From: Paraspadella gotoi
Lineage: Eukaryota > Animalia > Chaetognatha
Reading direction: 5' to 3'
Length of the DNA: 64,000 bases
Assembly (NCBI GenBank): GCA_051294375.1
Contig: CM119269.1
Span: 19,629,936 to 19,693,935, forward strand
Shown here piece after piece: positions 42,148-55,500 of this stretch. The notes beneath the pieces are model-generated. The model was not told where the DNA came from. It ran no database searches and saw nothing but the letters and a program-made list of their open reading frames with translations. The number at the start of each line of letters is the position of its first letter. Position 1 is the first letter of the stretch. A program made the translations under genes and the position numbers.

Positions 42148-43465
42148 TTAACATCGATCTGATCTCAACGACGCTCCATAAATGAAGACTGACCTTAAGT
42201 CATTTTTGTACGCACCCGAAGATTCAGAATCGTTTCCCTCAACCACGAATACCTCTTGACTTCCGCCTGATTGAGAAAGGAATGCAGTATGTCAACAATA
42301 ATTATCTTTTGCTAGTTGCAAGAAAGAGCTCAGTGAAGAGACAGTAATTATTGTTATATGTTCAACCGTTCAAGCAGTCCCTGAGCTTCGGATCAGGCTG
42401 TAACACCGTGTTACAGGCGGGTTAAGAGCCCCGTCCCACTTAACTGCTAGGCGGCCACCGGGCTAGAACCCCGGACCTTTGGGCTGGGAGGCGAATGACT
42501 TGCCTCCGGCACCAATGACCGCTGATGAACGGTTGGTGGATTTTAGTCCACCATATCAAATTTTTTTTATGGGGGGTTCGACAATTTATTACTTTTCATC
42601 CTAATATATATGTCATATTATTTAATAGTTTTCCTAACCACAAACTGCGTAATTTGCCGTATCAACAGCGAAAGCTTGACTACAATTCGAATCTCCATTC
42701 ACCATAACTGCTGAGCGTAGATCCCTCGTCCATCGGCGTTGTCGATCGCGAAGACATCGGCCGCCGCGGCGCAGCCAGCGTCTCTGGCGCCGCTGAGTTA
42801 ATTCGCTTATTCTCCTTCAGCAAAACGTTTTTAACGTCGGCGTGCAGACCCGGGATCGGCAGCTCCGTGTTGAGCACTTCGAGGATGGCGCCGTCCGGGA
42901 GTCTGGAAGGGGAACGTAATAAAATTAATTATTCGTAAGTAGTTGGTTCTATTTGTTTCTAAAAACTAAAAAGGATATTTTCAGATATACACTCTAAATT
43001 TAACAATTAGCAATCTAATTTGTGGTTACTTTTACTTTCGCCGACCAGGGTTAGGGAGGGGTTAGGGTTAAGGGCGGTTTAAGGTTAGGGGTAATTAGGG
43101 TTTAGAGTGTTTAGGGTTAGGGTAATTAAATAATATTTTTTTATACTTTTTTTTAAAAACAAATATTTTTAAATAGTTTTTTGAAAGCCGCCAAAACCGC
43201 GATCGGCGAATGTAAAATTTGGCCCTAATTTTGATCATTAGACCCCCAACACTGGTTTTACTTTCCTTTTTGACTGTCAGCTATTAACTTATTAACTATT
43301 TTAAGCTAAGTTAAATACCACCAACGGAATAGATCTTAGTTGGGCTCGTCCCCTTCACGAATCAGCAGCAAACAGACGAATCACAGACCCGACGTGAGCC
43401 TCCGACTGACCATTGACCGACGGAGGGATCGACGGTAGTTTTAATGTTATCTCATGTCAAATCTT

Positions 43466-43514
<49 letters not shown>

Positions 43515-46500
43515 ACTTTTATCTCTGTGACTCACTAATCAGCTGTCAAATCTCAGACTACGACTAGTACGACTACTTTATTCGATTTCGTCTTCAAAAA
43601 AAAATCAAAAATAAATTTTTTTTCGCGTCAAAAATGACTTCGGCAAGTTGCTCATCAACCAATACCAAAAGTAAAGGTTGTATGTAAAAATACTTCTTTT
43701 TTGTTGCCATGCGCAGAAGGGTGGAGTGATGAAAAGATTGAGTGATTGAACATTATTTTTTTGCTGCTTATGGATATGTAATTAATAAATTTTAAATCCT
43801 TTTAAAAATCTTTTTAGTATAATAGTATAGTAAATTCAATTATTTATGTAGTAATATCCTTATAAAATCGTAACTTTTTTTATTTTTAAGAACAGATTTG
43901 GATCCGCTGTAAAAAATTAAGAAATTTTTATAAAATATGTTATATGATATTTTAATGTTTGGATCACAAAAAATGATTAAAACATTTTAACATATATAAG
44001 TTTCTATTACAAAGAATAAAAAAAATTATAAATTTTCACCTTTTTTCCCGTTTTAAACACTGAAGATGATATAATTTTTGATAACATGTTTTATATTTTT
44101 GATTCAACTTTTTATGAAAAATCTGAATCTTTAATAAAAGTTTTAAAAAAAAAAATTTTAAAATTTATTATTTTATAAGAATATTATTACAAAGATATTA
44201 TATTTTATTATTTTGTTCCCGAGATAATATGAACAAAATATTTTTTGTACTAGTTGATCATATTATCTCGCATTTAAAATTAAATATCCTTGTTCGATCA
44301 TTCAAATAATGTTTTTGTTCTTGAGTGCTCCACTCTAATGCGCAGTGCTTGGCATGTATACTTACAGGAAGTGATTTATTTACTTTGAATGATTGTTTGA
44401 TTGATTCGGCCCTTGTCTAGCTAGCAAGGTAACGAAAAAAAGTAATGTTTTAATAATTTTTTCTCTTATCATTTATGTATTGACAAAAAACTGTTCAATG
44501 TGGGCATTTACGGACTGCTTTATGGACCAATACTTTTTTGTCACTATCTCCATCGATGTAACATTTTTTTGAAAAAAAAGGGGAAAAAATTGAAAGCCAA
44601 AACAAAATATTCTAAAACTTTACGTAGGATATTATTATTAAAATTATAGATGCTAAACTCATGCCACAGTAATCTGCTACTCTACAAAAATTTAATGAGA
44701 TCCTAAACTAGCGGTAGTATTTCATACCCTGCTACTCGTCCGAGAATCAGCAGCACCTATGGCGCCGGAGGTCTCCCAAACCAAAGGACTCAGGTTCGCG
44801 CCCTGCTGATTCACACAAGTAAAAGCGGGACGGGGCCTCTAACCCACCTGTAGTGACGGACTACAGCCCGATCCGAAGTTCGGGACCTTGTGTGCAACGG
44901 ACGGTAAACTGCTCGCGGCATCGTCTTCCACAGACGGGCACTTTTAATCCACACCTAATTGATTGTTCAATATTATCTTTTCTTTTCTGTCAATATATTT
45001 TTCTATAAGTATAAGTTGAATATCAGAGTAAGTAAACGATATTTACTTTTCCTCCAGCTCAAGCGCCAACACCAACACCACCTTCTAAAGGCTGGACTGG
45101 CGTTGCCATCGGCGCTGGCGCACTCGTTGCTACCTGCGGGGTCTTCAGCGCCTTATAGTCCGCCGGCGCCGTGGGTATCGGCGTCGCCGGTAACGCGGTC
45201 ATCGGTGGGACCGGCGCCGTGACTGGTGCTGGGATCACCGCGGGCGCTGCCAAATTGGCCAAGTGGTGGAAGAGCAGAGTAAAAAAATCAAGCAAAGAAG
45301 ACGAAAGCACTGAAGACGAAAGCACTGAAGACGAAAATGAAGGAAGCGATCTCGAAGATGACCAAAGTAAAAAAGGAGGTGACGGCGGAAAAAAAAAGAA
45401 ATGATTTTTGGTTAAAAAATTTCGAAATCGTGAAAAAGTTCAATTCGATCAATGTGCAAGTTGTACTCGAAAAATTATTCGCTATCAAAGTTTTGTTACT
45501 ATCTTTCTAATTCATGATATTAAATTTTAAAGTAATTATTTTGTTTTGTTGTGTTTTATTTTTAAAGTTAATTCAATTTTCAGTTATTATTTTCTGCTAT
45601 TATTATTTACAAAGCCGTAAAAGACCGATGGGCCACATTTTAAAACAAGATGGCCACGTCAATAGATTTAAATTTGATGAATCAATTCGAGAAGTTTGGG
45701 ACTCTCTACCTATTGCTTTCTCTGAAAAGGTATCCTAACCGGAAGTAAAGTGACGAGAATGCGGGAAACTAATATATTGACGGAAGGAAAATCTATACTG
45801 AGACAAAAATGAGGGTAAAGAAAGGGAGAGAAACGAGTAGGAGAAGAGAGAAAGGTGAACTGCATCTCGTGAACGCGGCCCCGAATCCCTGGGAGGAGGA
45901 TGAAGAGGAGGTGAATGAGAAGGAGGAGGTAATAGACCCGCGTCTGTCTATCACCTTATATACTGGCTTTTTACGTAAAAGTTTAGTTTTTTTGCGTTTT
46001 TGTCCTCTCTTGAAAGAAAACTTGAAAGAAATCGCGATCGCACTTTGTTTGAATTCGCGAGGGACTTGATTTGCAGAAGCTGTTCCTCAGTTTCTTGGAT
46101 CAACTCATATCAGTATTTAATTATTAGTAATATTAGTACTTTGAGCGACGCGACGTCCAGACGCAAAACTCTACGTTTTCTTTCATTTCTTTCGGTTTCT
46201 TTTTGAGCTCCACTCGGTCTCACCTCAAAAACTGTCGGTGCAATTCTCTGAATCCGTCGAGATAAAGAGTGTGAATGGAGACGTGGGACGTTACTTCTTG
46301 CGCGGCGCTGCTGCGTCCAACGCTGCCACGCCTGACTACGCCCAGCTCCTCCTCGTCCCAAACATAATCGTAGACGGTGACTTTTCGACGTTCTCCTTCG
46401 TCGCCGCGCCATTGTTCGGCTCGTCTGTATATAACAATTAGTTATCTTGTATCTTGTAAAACCTTTTGGAGCTAGCGCCAAGAGCGAAAACAATTTTTTT

Positions 46501-49500
46501 TTGTTAAATTTAAAATATGCATGCTGGTAAAAGATTAAATTTTCATGTTTAAATGAATTAAAACCTGCAAATGAAAGAAAGTTCTTGAAGGGATAGTTCC
46601 AAATCAAACGGGACGAAAAAGTCGTCGTTGTCTCCCGTCAAACGATGGTAAACGTCCATCAGCCTTAAATAGGATTTGAACGTAGTAGAGTAAGCAGCTT
46701 TTATTGTTGCAGTAGTAGTAGTAGTTTACTTCAGTTTTCACTTAGTTTTCTGATAGTCATTTGATATGAGCCAACTGAAATGATCTCTGTTACCTGATAC
46801 CTATTACTTATTTGTTGCGATATGATTCTTTCTTTTTCGTTACGTTTGTAGATTTAGTAAAAAGTTTTTAATTGTTCTGTAACGATTTATTTATCCCTCA
46901 CCACTGTATCAGTTAAAATTTTATTTTTCACTTTTATACTCTACACATTAATTTATTAATTAATTTATTAATTTAATAAGTTAATTGTTAAAAATTTAAA
47001 ATTAGTTTAAATTTTTTTTTCTTTGTTGTACATAACCCATTGCATCAATCTATCATTGACTAAGCTTCTCTCCCTCTCTCTCCCCTACTCTCTCTTTGAC
47101 CATTTTCACTTCTTTTTAAAACTCACCCTTTCTGTCCTTAACTTTAATCTGTCCTCACCATTAACCACTGTCCTTTCTCAGAACAATTAAAATACTTATT
47201 TGTTGTATTACAATCTCCAATCCCCAATCCTAATAGTTTATATAATATACCTTCCGTTATTGTGAAGTCTCAAAAAGTAAATGTAGACGAGGAACGCCCC
47301 AAGAAATACTGTGAAAGTGTAGAGGAAGACCGTGATGAAGACGCCGTAGAGGCCCGTACCTTCGCTGCCCACAAAATGCCACCACAGTTTGGCGGCGTCG
47401 GCAATCTCGCGCGTTGACTCGGTGTGGGTAAAACGCTGGAGGGGGGCAAGAAGATAAATTTAAAAAAGTGAGGGAAAATGTAAATGGGGCGCAAAATTTT
47501 AAATTTAGAGTGGCTACAAAGTCATAGATTTGTGGGACAACCATCTCGTGCTCCATTGGTTAGAAAACGGACCGAACGATTGCGACCGAAATCGCCCATC
47601 CCACGGTCTTGAACCCGGGACTCCAAGCGAAGGTCTCTTTTGTTTACCATGGGCATCGTGGCGTCGACTGCGAGGATGAGGAGCGGATCCAATGCCGCTT
47701 GGAGTCCGAAGGCGAGAACAAATTTAGAGAGAATGCTGGGGAAAACGCCTGTGGAAAGAGTCAGACGTGTTTGAGAAGGTTTCAGAAAGTAGGAGGCTTT
47801 AGATGATTACTGCTTCGTTTGGTAAATAAAATTCGGGGTTTGATTTCTAGTTATACCTAATAACTTTTGTACGGCGAAAGAGACCAACAGAAGGACAACA
47901 AAAGCTCCGATGACAACCAGTGGCCCCGCGAGTGTCACGTAGACGACTTCACGAGTGAAACCGAGAGACGAAGATTGATAGTTCACTATTGCCGTGTAGC
48001 CATAAAGTTCGAACCTTTAAGTAAAAAAACGTTTGAGCCAATACGAAATTTTGACAAAAATATGCAAGAAATCATGCAGAATAAATGTCAATACATCCAG
48101 TATTCACTATTTAGTATATTTTAGCTAACTCACTTTAAAACTCTGTATTTTCTCTTTATTGTCTAATCTCTAACTAACTACTAAGAGAAGAGACGTCTCG
48201 TCGTCTTTAACTAATTATTAAAATAAAGTATTTTTAAGAAAAAGTAAAAGGTATACTTTTTAATGTTTCTTTTGCTAATTTTTCAGTAGATATACATAAA
48301 GATGTAACGAGTAATGTAAAAGTAAAGTAAAAGAAACTAATAAACGAAATATAACTAAAGGAAATCTTTCAAACCATTTAATTAGCTCGTCTTCTCCTTA
48401 GGAGACAAAAAAATCGCCAAATTTCAACCCTGCACCTCCAAAGTTAATCGTTCGATGCGAATACGAACTCTTTTCACATTTTCACCAATGGCGGCGCCAA
48501 ACTCTTGACCTTCCCCTTGGACATTTCGAGAATCCGATCGCTGTCCGCCAACGTTTCGGGTCTGTGCGCGATCGTCAGGACGGTGCACTCTTTAAACTCT
48601 GTCCGTATCGTCTCCTGGATCCGTTTGTCCGTCTCAAAATCGACGTTGGCCGTTGCCTCGTCGATGCAAAGGATTCGCGTCCGTTTGACGACGGCGCGCG
48701 CCAAGCAGAGCAGCTGCTTCTGCCCGACGGAGAAGCAGGAGCCGCCCTCGGCGACGGGGGCATCTAGACCGCCCAGCTCGGTGACCCGCTCTTCAAGGTG
48801 ACATTTTTTTAGCGCCGACCAGAGGTGGGCGGTATCAGTCGGACCGTCGTCGAAGGCGCTGTCAACGACGAGGTTCTCTCGAACGGTTCCACTAAAGACG
48901 TAAGGATCCTGTGGAGATAAAAGAACTGATAGATAAACTTTTTTTTAACGATTTGATTTTTTTTAAGCTTAAATTTCCCCGACTTTTTTTAAAGTTTAAT
49001 TTAAATAGAAACATATTGATTGATTGATTGTTTATGTTTAATATCCACATTTATTGATTGATTAAAGAATAACTTAGGTTTATCCCCCGGCCATAACAAA
49101 TAATATCTACTTTCCTGGGGAATGACTGCGAGACGCGATCTTAACAGACGTCGACTGATCCTTGATGCGTCAACCCCGTCGATGACGACCCTCCCGCCCT
49201 CCAGCGTCTCCACTCTGAAGAGAACGTTGAAGAGCGAGCTTTTCCCGCTCCCCGTGCGACCGACGATGCCGACCTTCTCCGCCGGCGCCGTTTCGAAGCT
49301 CACGTCCTCCAGCGCCGGTTCCAGGTCGGCGCGGTAGCGAAGGGTGACGCCATTGAAGGCGACGACGCCGCGATCGGGCCATGACTCAGGAACGGAAGCG
49401 TCGTCGAAGGTCTAAACGAATTAGTGGGGAATTTTAGGAGTTTCTGTTCCTGTTAAGGCTTGTGAATTGGAAAATACGGTTAAAAAATTCCTTTTTTTCT

Positions 49501-52500
49501 CGGTATTCTTCTATTTTTTCTTTCTTTCTTTCCCTTTTTTATTCCTATCTTTCTTTATTACTTTCTTTATTTTGTTTGTTTTCTACCTCTCTTCGACTTT
49601 TTCTTACTTTCTTCCTCTCTTTACTACTCCCTTCTCCTCTTTCTTCTTTTCCTTTCTAATAACGAATTTTTATTTTTTTTCATCGGTTTCTTTCTTCTCT
49701 TCCCTTTCCTTCCTTTTTCCCAACACCTCCCCATGGTTCCCAATCCCCAAAAATAACCTCATCTTCATCTTCCTCCAGCGGTGTTTTCGTCGAGTATTCC
49801 AGGATCCTCTCAACGCCCACCATCATCTTCTCCAGCCAAGTGAAGTGCTGCACGACAGAGTTGGCCAACCAGCTGACCTGTAGCGCGTAGGTGATTGTGA
49901 GGCCGACGAAGCCGGCCGCGCCAGTCTGACCGCGCAGCACCGCGGAGAGAGCGACGCCGCCGATTACGAGGAAGTTGGCGAAGCCAAGGTAGATCTTGTG
50001 ATGGGAAGTGACATTAAAGGATAAGAATTTTGATAAGGATAAGGATATTAAAAGTTGTTTCACCTCGAGCCAACCCGAAACGGCGTATGAGTTAAACTCT
50101 GCCCTAGCCTTTGCCTCTATGCGCGCAAGGCTGGTGGTGACGAAGCGGCGCTCGTCTCTCATGGCGCGGATGACGACCGCCCCGTTGAGGCAGTCGGAGA
50201 AATGAGAAAAGATCGGGGATTTCGTTATGGACTCAATCCGCTTCAGTTCCCGCGAGGTGCGCCTGTAGATCAGCTGGAGGCGGTAAAGAGGGAGTAGAGC
50301 GGAGTGAAGGTAATTAGTTATAGGAAGATTAAATCAGATAGAAGATAAATGTGATTCAACAATGTGACTCTATTAACAAACAGTTTTTTCTTTTTTAGTT
50401 TAAATTTGAAAATAAATCTCTTTTACCTGAAATACGAAATAGAGCAAGAATGCGGGAACAAGAGCTAAAACGAGCCATGGAAATCCGTAGCAGATTACGA
50501 CCATCGCCATCAGCAGATTGAAGACGTCCTGCAAGAGCATGCTGAAGAGATTGGCCAGATGGTCGTCGATGTCGGCCAAGTCGCTCGAGAACCGGTTGAT
50601 AATCCTGAAAGGTTAGTGTCATTAACGAAGCTTTAAAAAAACCAAACTGTTGTCCTCAGTCTAAGAGACTTTCAACATTTTCTTTTTTGACGGAAGAAAA
50701 AAGAATAATAAAAAGTAAAACCACTGGCCATACCTCCCAACAGGCGTCGCAGTGAAAAAGCGCAGCGGCGCAGCCATAATTCGTTCCAGCAGAGCGGAGT
50801 GGATGCCGCGCGCCGATTGAATGCCAGCGCGGATGAAGACGAAAGTAAGAACGCAGGATGTGGCGAACTGACAGACGAAGAAAGCGCAGTAGACGCCGAG
50901 ATAAAAAGTAAGGTTGTCCGAGGCCTCGCGAAGGGGGATCCAAGGGGTGGTGGCGGTGGTTGCCGCGAAGGAGTTGTCGTCCGTCTTCCAAGCGGTGACG
51001 TTGACATCCTCTTCGACCCTCCGTGCCTCCACCCTTGTGTCGTTAGTGACGGTCGCATTGGGATAAGGATGAGTGTTGTTGATCCACACCGTCATCCAGA
51101 TGTCCATGCCCCTGACGAAGAGATATAGCAAGGCCACACAGAGGACGATGAAAGCCCCGACGGCACGCCCCGTGTAGGACAAGTAGGCCCAGTAGACTTT
51201 GGGGTCGACGAAGCCAACCATCTTCGTCTCTTCCTCCACCAGTTTGTCGTTGCCCGACGCCGGTTCGTCGGCGGCGGCGTCGGCGGCGCTTTTTAGCCGC
51301 TCGCGGTGGGAAGATTCGACGGCGTCGAGGAGGGCAGCATCGAAGATCTCCTAGCGGTCGAGGGGAGAAATGTCGATTGCTCTTTTATTTACAATCAATG
51401 TTTTTAAATTGTGGAATTGAATATTTCTATGATATTTACATGAATTTTTGTTTTTTAATTTTTTTAAATATTTTTTTTTCTCGAGAATTAGTAAAAGTGT
51501 AAAACTATGGCAACAGCCGGGTTGCCTGTGATGCCCATTGGGATGGGGCATCTCACTGTTGGCTTTGGGGGCTTCCGACCCTCAGTGACGCCTCCAGTCA
51601 CTGGCGCGGTTACCCTAGGACGGCCTCGCTTTGCCAACGCAGAGGGAAGTCGTTAGGACTGTGGATGGAACACTACGCCTGGGATGGTGTGTTCCCCCTC
51701 TGAGCCAACGGATTTGGCTGACGGATGGTGGACGTGAGGCGGTGTGAATATACCGCCACAAAACGATAATATATTATGGTTCATGCTTCAAACGCCGTTT
51801 AATAATAAATCAAAATAATTATTTTGACAATTTGCCTATAAACCCCTTACCTCAGGCTCTCCCACCCTCGCGATCCTTCCTTTTTCCATCACGACGATTC
51901 GGTCCGCCGACCGCAGAAATTTCCCATGATGCGTGCAGAGCACTCTCGTCTTATTCTTCAATACTCCGACCACGCACTGGAGTTAATATGTAAGAAAACA
52001 GATTCAATCAATCAATCAATAAATAAATAAACCGGTTAATACAATTTTAAAATGAATAAAAAAAAACCGATCGAAGATATGAATCAATTAATTAATCAAA
52101 TTCTCAACAACAACCTGTCGAAAAAGCTTTTCGGCGACTGCGGGATCCACCGCGGCGAATGGATCGTCGATGACGTAGACATCCGCGTTGGCGTAAACCG
52201 CCCGCGCCAACGCCACGCGCGCCTTTTGTCCCCCGCTCAGAGTGACGCCGTTCTCGCCGACCTCTGTGTCGACGCCGGCGGGGAATTCGGCGACGTCTTC
52301 GGCGAGTTGACAGGCGGCGACGACGGCGTCGAACCAATCGGGATCGAAGGCGCGCCCGAAGAGGATGTTTTCCTTTGGGTTTGGGGAAAATCCAACTGAT
52401 TGTCTCATTTTCAAGACGCCTGCATTTCCGTCATGAAATAGTTTTAGTTTCTCTCATTCTTCTTCTTCTCTTTCCGCCATCCGTTTTTCTTTATAAATAT

Positions 52501-55500
52501 AACTATATACTAGAGTGATGTGAAAATGATAAAATTTTAGAAAATTAAAATTTAGCATATAAAACATGAACATAAAAACCAAAAAAAATATTTTGATAAA
52601 TTCATTTTTTAATTTTATACATTAGTGGGTACCAGTGAGCTATATTTCTATATAGTAATAAGTATATAATAGGCTAAAATTTCAAAATACAAATTTTTAA
52701 ATTTTAAGATCGGATTTGGATTCCTTGCAAAAAGTTATTATAAGAAAGTACAATTCTTTTTTAAAAATTCTTTCATTAAGTTAGTCAAAAATGTAAAAAA
52801 CTATATTTAAGACGCTGAGTTTAAATTTCCAGCTTAAAAATATAGTTTTTTATAATTTTAACCTACTTAATGACATAATTTTTGAAAAAGATTTATACTT
52901 TCTTTTATTAACTTTTAACGAGGAATCTGAATCTGTTCTCAGAATTAAAAAAAACCATTTTAAAATTTTGACATTATATAAGGGTAGTACTATATACAAA
53001 ATAAGCTGACTGGGCTACTATATTTATAACAAAAAAAATAATTACAGATTAGTATTCACTAATATGATAGTTTTCAAGATATAACTGCTAAATTTTGATT
53101 CCAAACTTTCACTTCACCCTACTATATACAGTAGTAGCAAATTTACCATTATTTTTTTTTTTAACGCCCCCTGCCTACCTTAATGGAAACTTGTTGCAAC
53201 CACGGTTCTTGCGGCAGCACGCAGACGGTCCTCTCCCGCCATTTTCGACTCCAACTGACGCGACCGCTGCAGAGAGTCAGGTCACCCAACAGCGCAGCGA
53301 GGAGAGAACTTTTTCCGCTGCCTACGACGCCGATGACGCCGACCAACTCGCCAGGCTTCAGAGAAAAACTGATGTTAGATATGACGGGTTTTTCTATTAC
53401 ATGCGAATCGACCGGGTTTTCGGTGCCGTTAGATGTGACCGAGATTTCATTATCATCAGAAGTGGCGGGTCCTTGAATTTCATCGGCAGTGGATGTATTC
53501 TCGTTATTTTGGGTGGAAGCGTTTAAAAAGTTAGAAGAAGGAAGAGCTTGATCAGTAAGTTCGCCCTCGTCCTTCCTCTCGTCGTCTTTCTTTTTTTCTT
53601 TCTTCTCTTTCTCCTTCTCTTTATCTCCCTCTTTATTGATCTCTTTATAATCTACTCCGTCGTCAATGTCCCAAGAAAAGTCGGCCTCTTCGATGGAGAC
53701 GAGCGTCTCCTCTTCCTCCTCCTCCCCTTCCTCCTCCTCCTCCTCCAAAAGAGCGAAGAACTTCTTCAGACGATCGTAAGAGACTTTGGCCTCGATCAAC
53801 ACCCCGGCCGCGATGGGGATCATGAGGAGAGGTTCCACCAGGGCGAGGATGAGGGAGATTGCGGTGAAGATGCGGGCGGCGGTGAGTTGACCGCCAAGGA
53901 GAGAGTAAGCCACGATGGTGAGGAACGCCATCACGGAGGGCGTCACGTTGAAGAAGACAAAAGCGCAACCGTCGTAGACTTTGATCTTGAAAAGAATCGC
54001 GAAACTCAAGATTCGGCTTTGTTCATTATTTATATTAACATTTATTAGTGGTTCGAATATAAAACAATTCCACTTTTTTTTTTAACGTCATTTAATTCAC
54101 AGTTAATATAATGATAGTGATGAAAACGTTCAATCTCATAATGGAGTGCAGTGGAAGAAACAAAGAAAATTAATAATTTTCCATATATTTCGACATACGT
54201 ATATGTTTCTATGTGATCTTCAGTGGATGTAAGAGAAAAAAAAACTTTTACAAAATATGAAAGAGAGAGATAATGAGAGAGAGAGACAATAACAAAGAAA
54301 ATGTCTGTGATGTTATCATGTCTGATATTGCGTATGCTTTTCTTGTGAATGCTTGCATTGGTAGTGGTTGATGGCTGTTATGAGATTTTGGGTTCTTCTG
54401 ACCACTTTAAGATAATTTAACCTTTGATTGTTATTGTCTCTCTCTCATTATGTCTCTCTTTCTTATTTTGTAGAAGTTGTTTGCTTGTTAATTTTATTAC
54501 TTCCACTCAACATGACATAGAAACATATGTCGAAATACATGGAAAATTATGACCTTTTTTTTTGCACTGCACTCCATTATGATATTGAATGTTTTAATCA
54601 TTTTCAATTTCATATTTTCATAATTTAAAAAAAATTCATATTTCTCATACATAATTTAATTTAATTTTTTTTTTTATATTTATGCCTGTCAATAACATGT
54701 TGTCACGATTCTTTTTCCTTTTTGAGGAACTTTAATTCAAGGTCGCGAATTTCCGTTATTTTCCGTTTGAACGATTCTTCCCATGATTGGAATTTTATGA
54801 CTTTTATGCCCGTCAGTACTTCCCTGTAAATTAGGAATAAATCAATGTTCAATAATCAACACGTATTCAATGAATCATTCACTCAATCAATTTACTATTA
54901 ACTAAAATCACCTGATCATCTTGATCCTTTTATCCTTCTGCGACATGTTCTGGTCCCCGAACTTGTACCACCCACTAGCCATAAAGTGACCCAGCGGGGC
55001 GGCCAGCACCATGAACCCCACACAAGCCAGAAAGGCCCAGCCAAGTAGAAGGTAGAGCAAGTAGAAGATCTGGATCACGAGCAATGGAGTGATCCAGACG
55101 TCATGAAAAAAGTAGACCGCGCTTTCGATTCGGTTCACATCTGTGGACATCAAATTGAGGGTAGTACCGCTGGTAAATTTGGATCGAGAGGGTGTCTTCA
55201 GTCGCAACAGCTTGCGGAAGACAAGGACGCACAAGGAGCTACGGATCTGTAGGGAGGGGTGTGGGATGGCATAGAATGGGTGCATCGTTGGGTGCTTGGA
55301 AAGAGATACTGTCACAACAAAGCTAAAATTTCACGGTAGTTCCCCAGATCTCTAACCTTGATGCTTAGTTTACGCGCAAAGTAGTGATAGTGAGTGTAGA
55401 AAAAGGCGCTTGACAACTCTCCGAAGCACAGCAGGGCACCGAAGGCGGCACCGCGAAGCCGTGACGTCGGCGAAAAGATCGACGAAGACTCCGATTCTGG

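Larger units (their letters stand above)
43634..45404 (+). pseudogene. IFI27/ISG12-like gene with in-frame stop, antisense in an OFCC1-like intron
   Basis: Putative exon 43634-43676 joins 45058-45404 in phase 1; [27 protein letters not shown] with TAG at 45156-45158 where the ISG12 motif has LQSAGA. Confidence 0.6.

Noticed and set aside
42451-42522. Functional tRNA gene
   Set aside because: A/B boxes present but cloverleaf arms are irregular and it is fused to a ribozyme; treated as a tRNA-derived head.
46238-46441. Plus-strand 67-aa ORF
   Set aside because: Antisense shadow of OFCC1-like exon 46424-46224.
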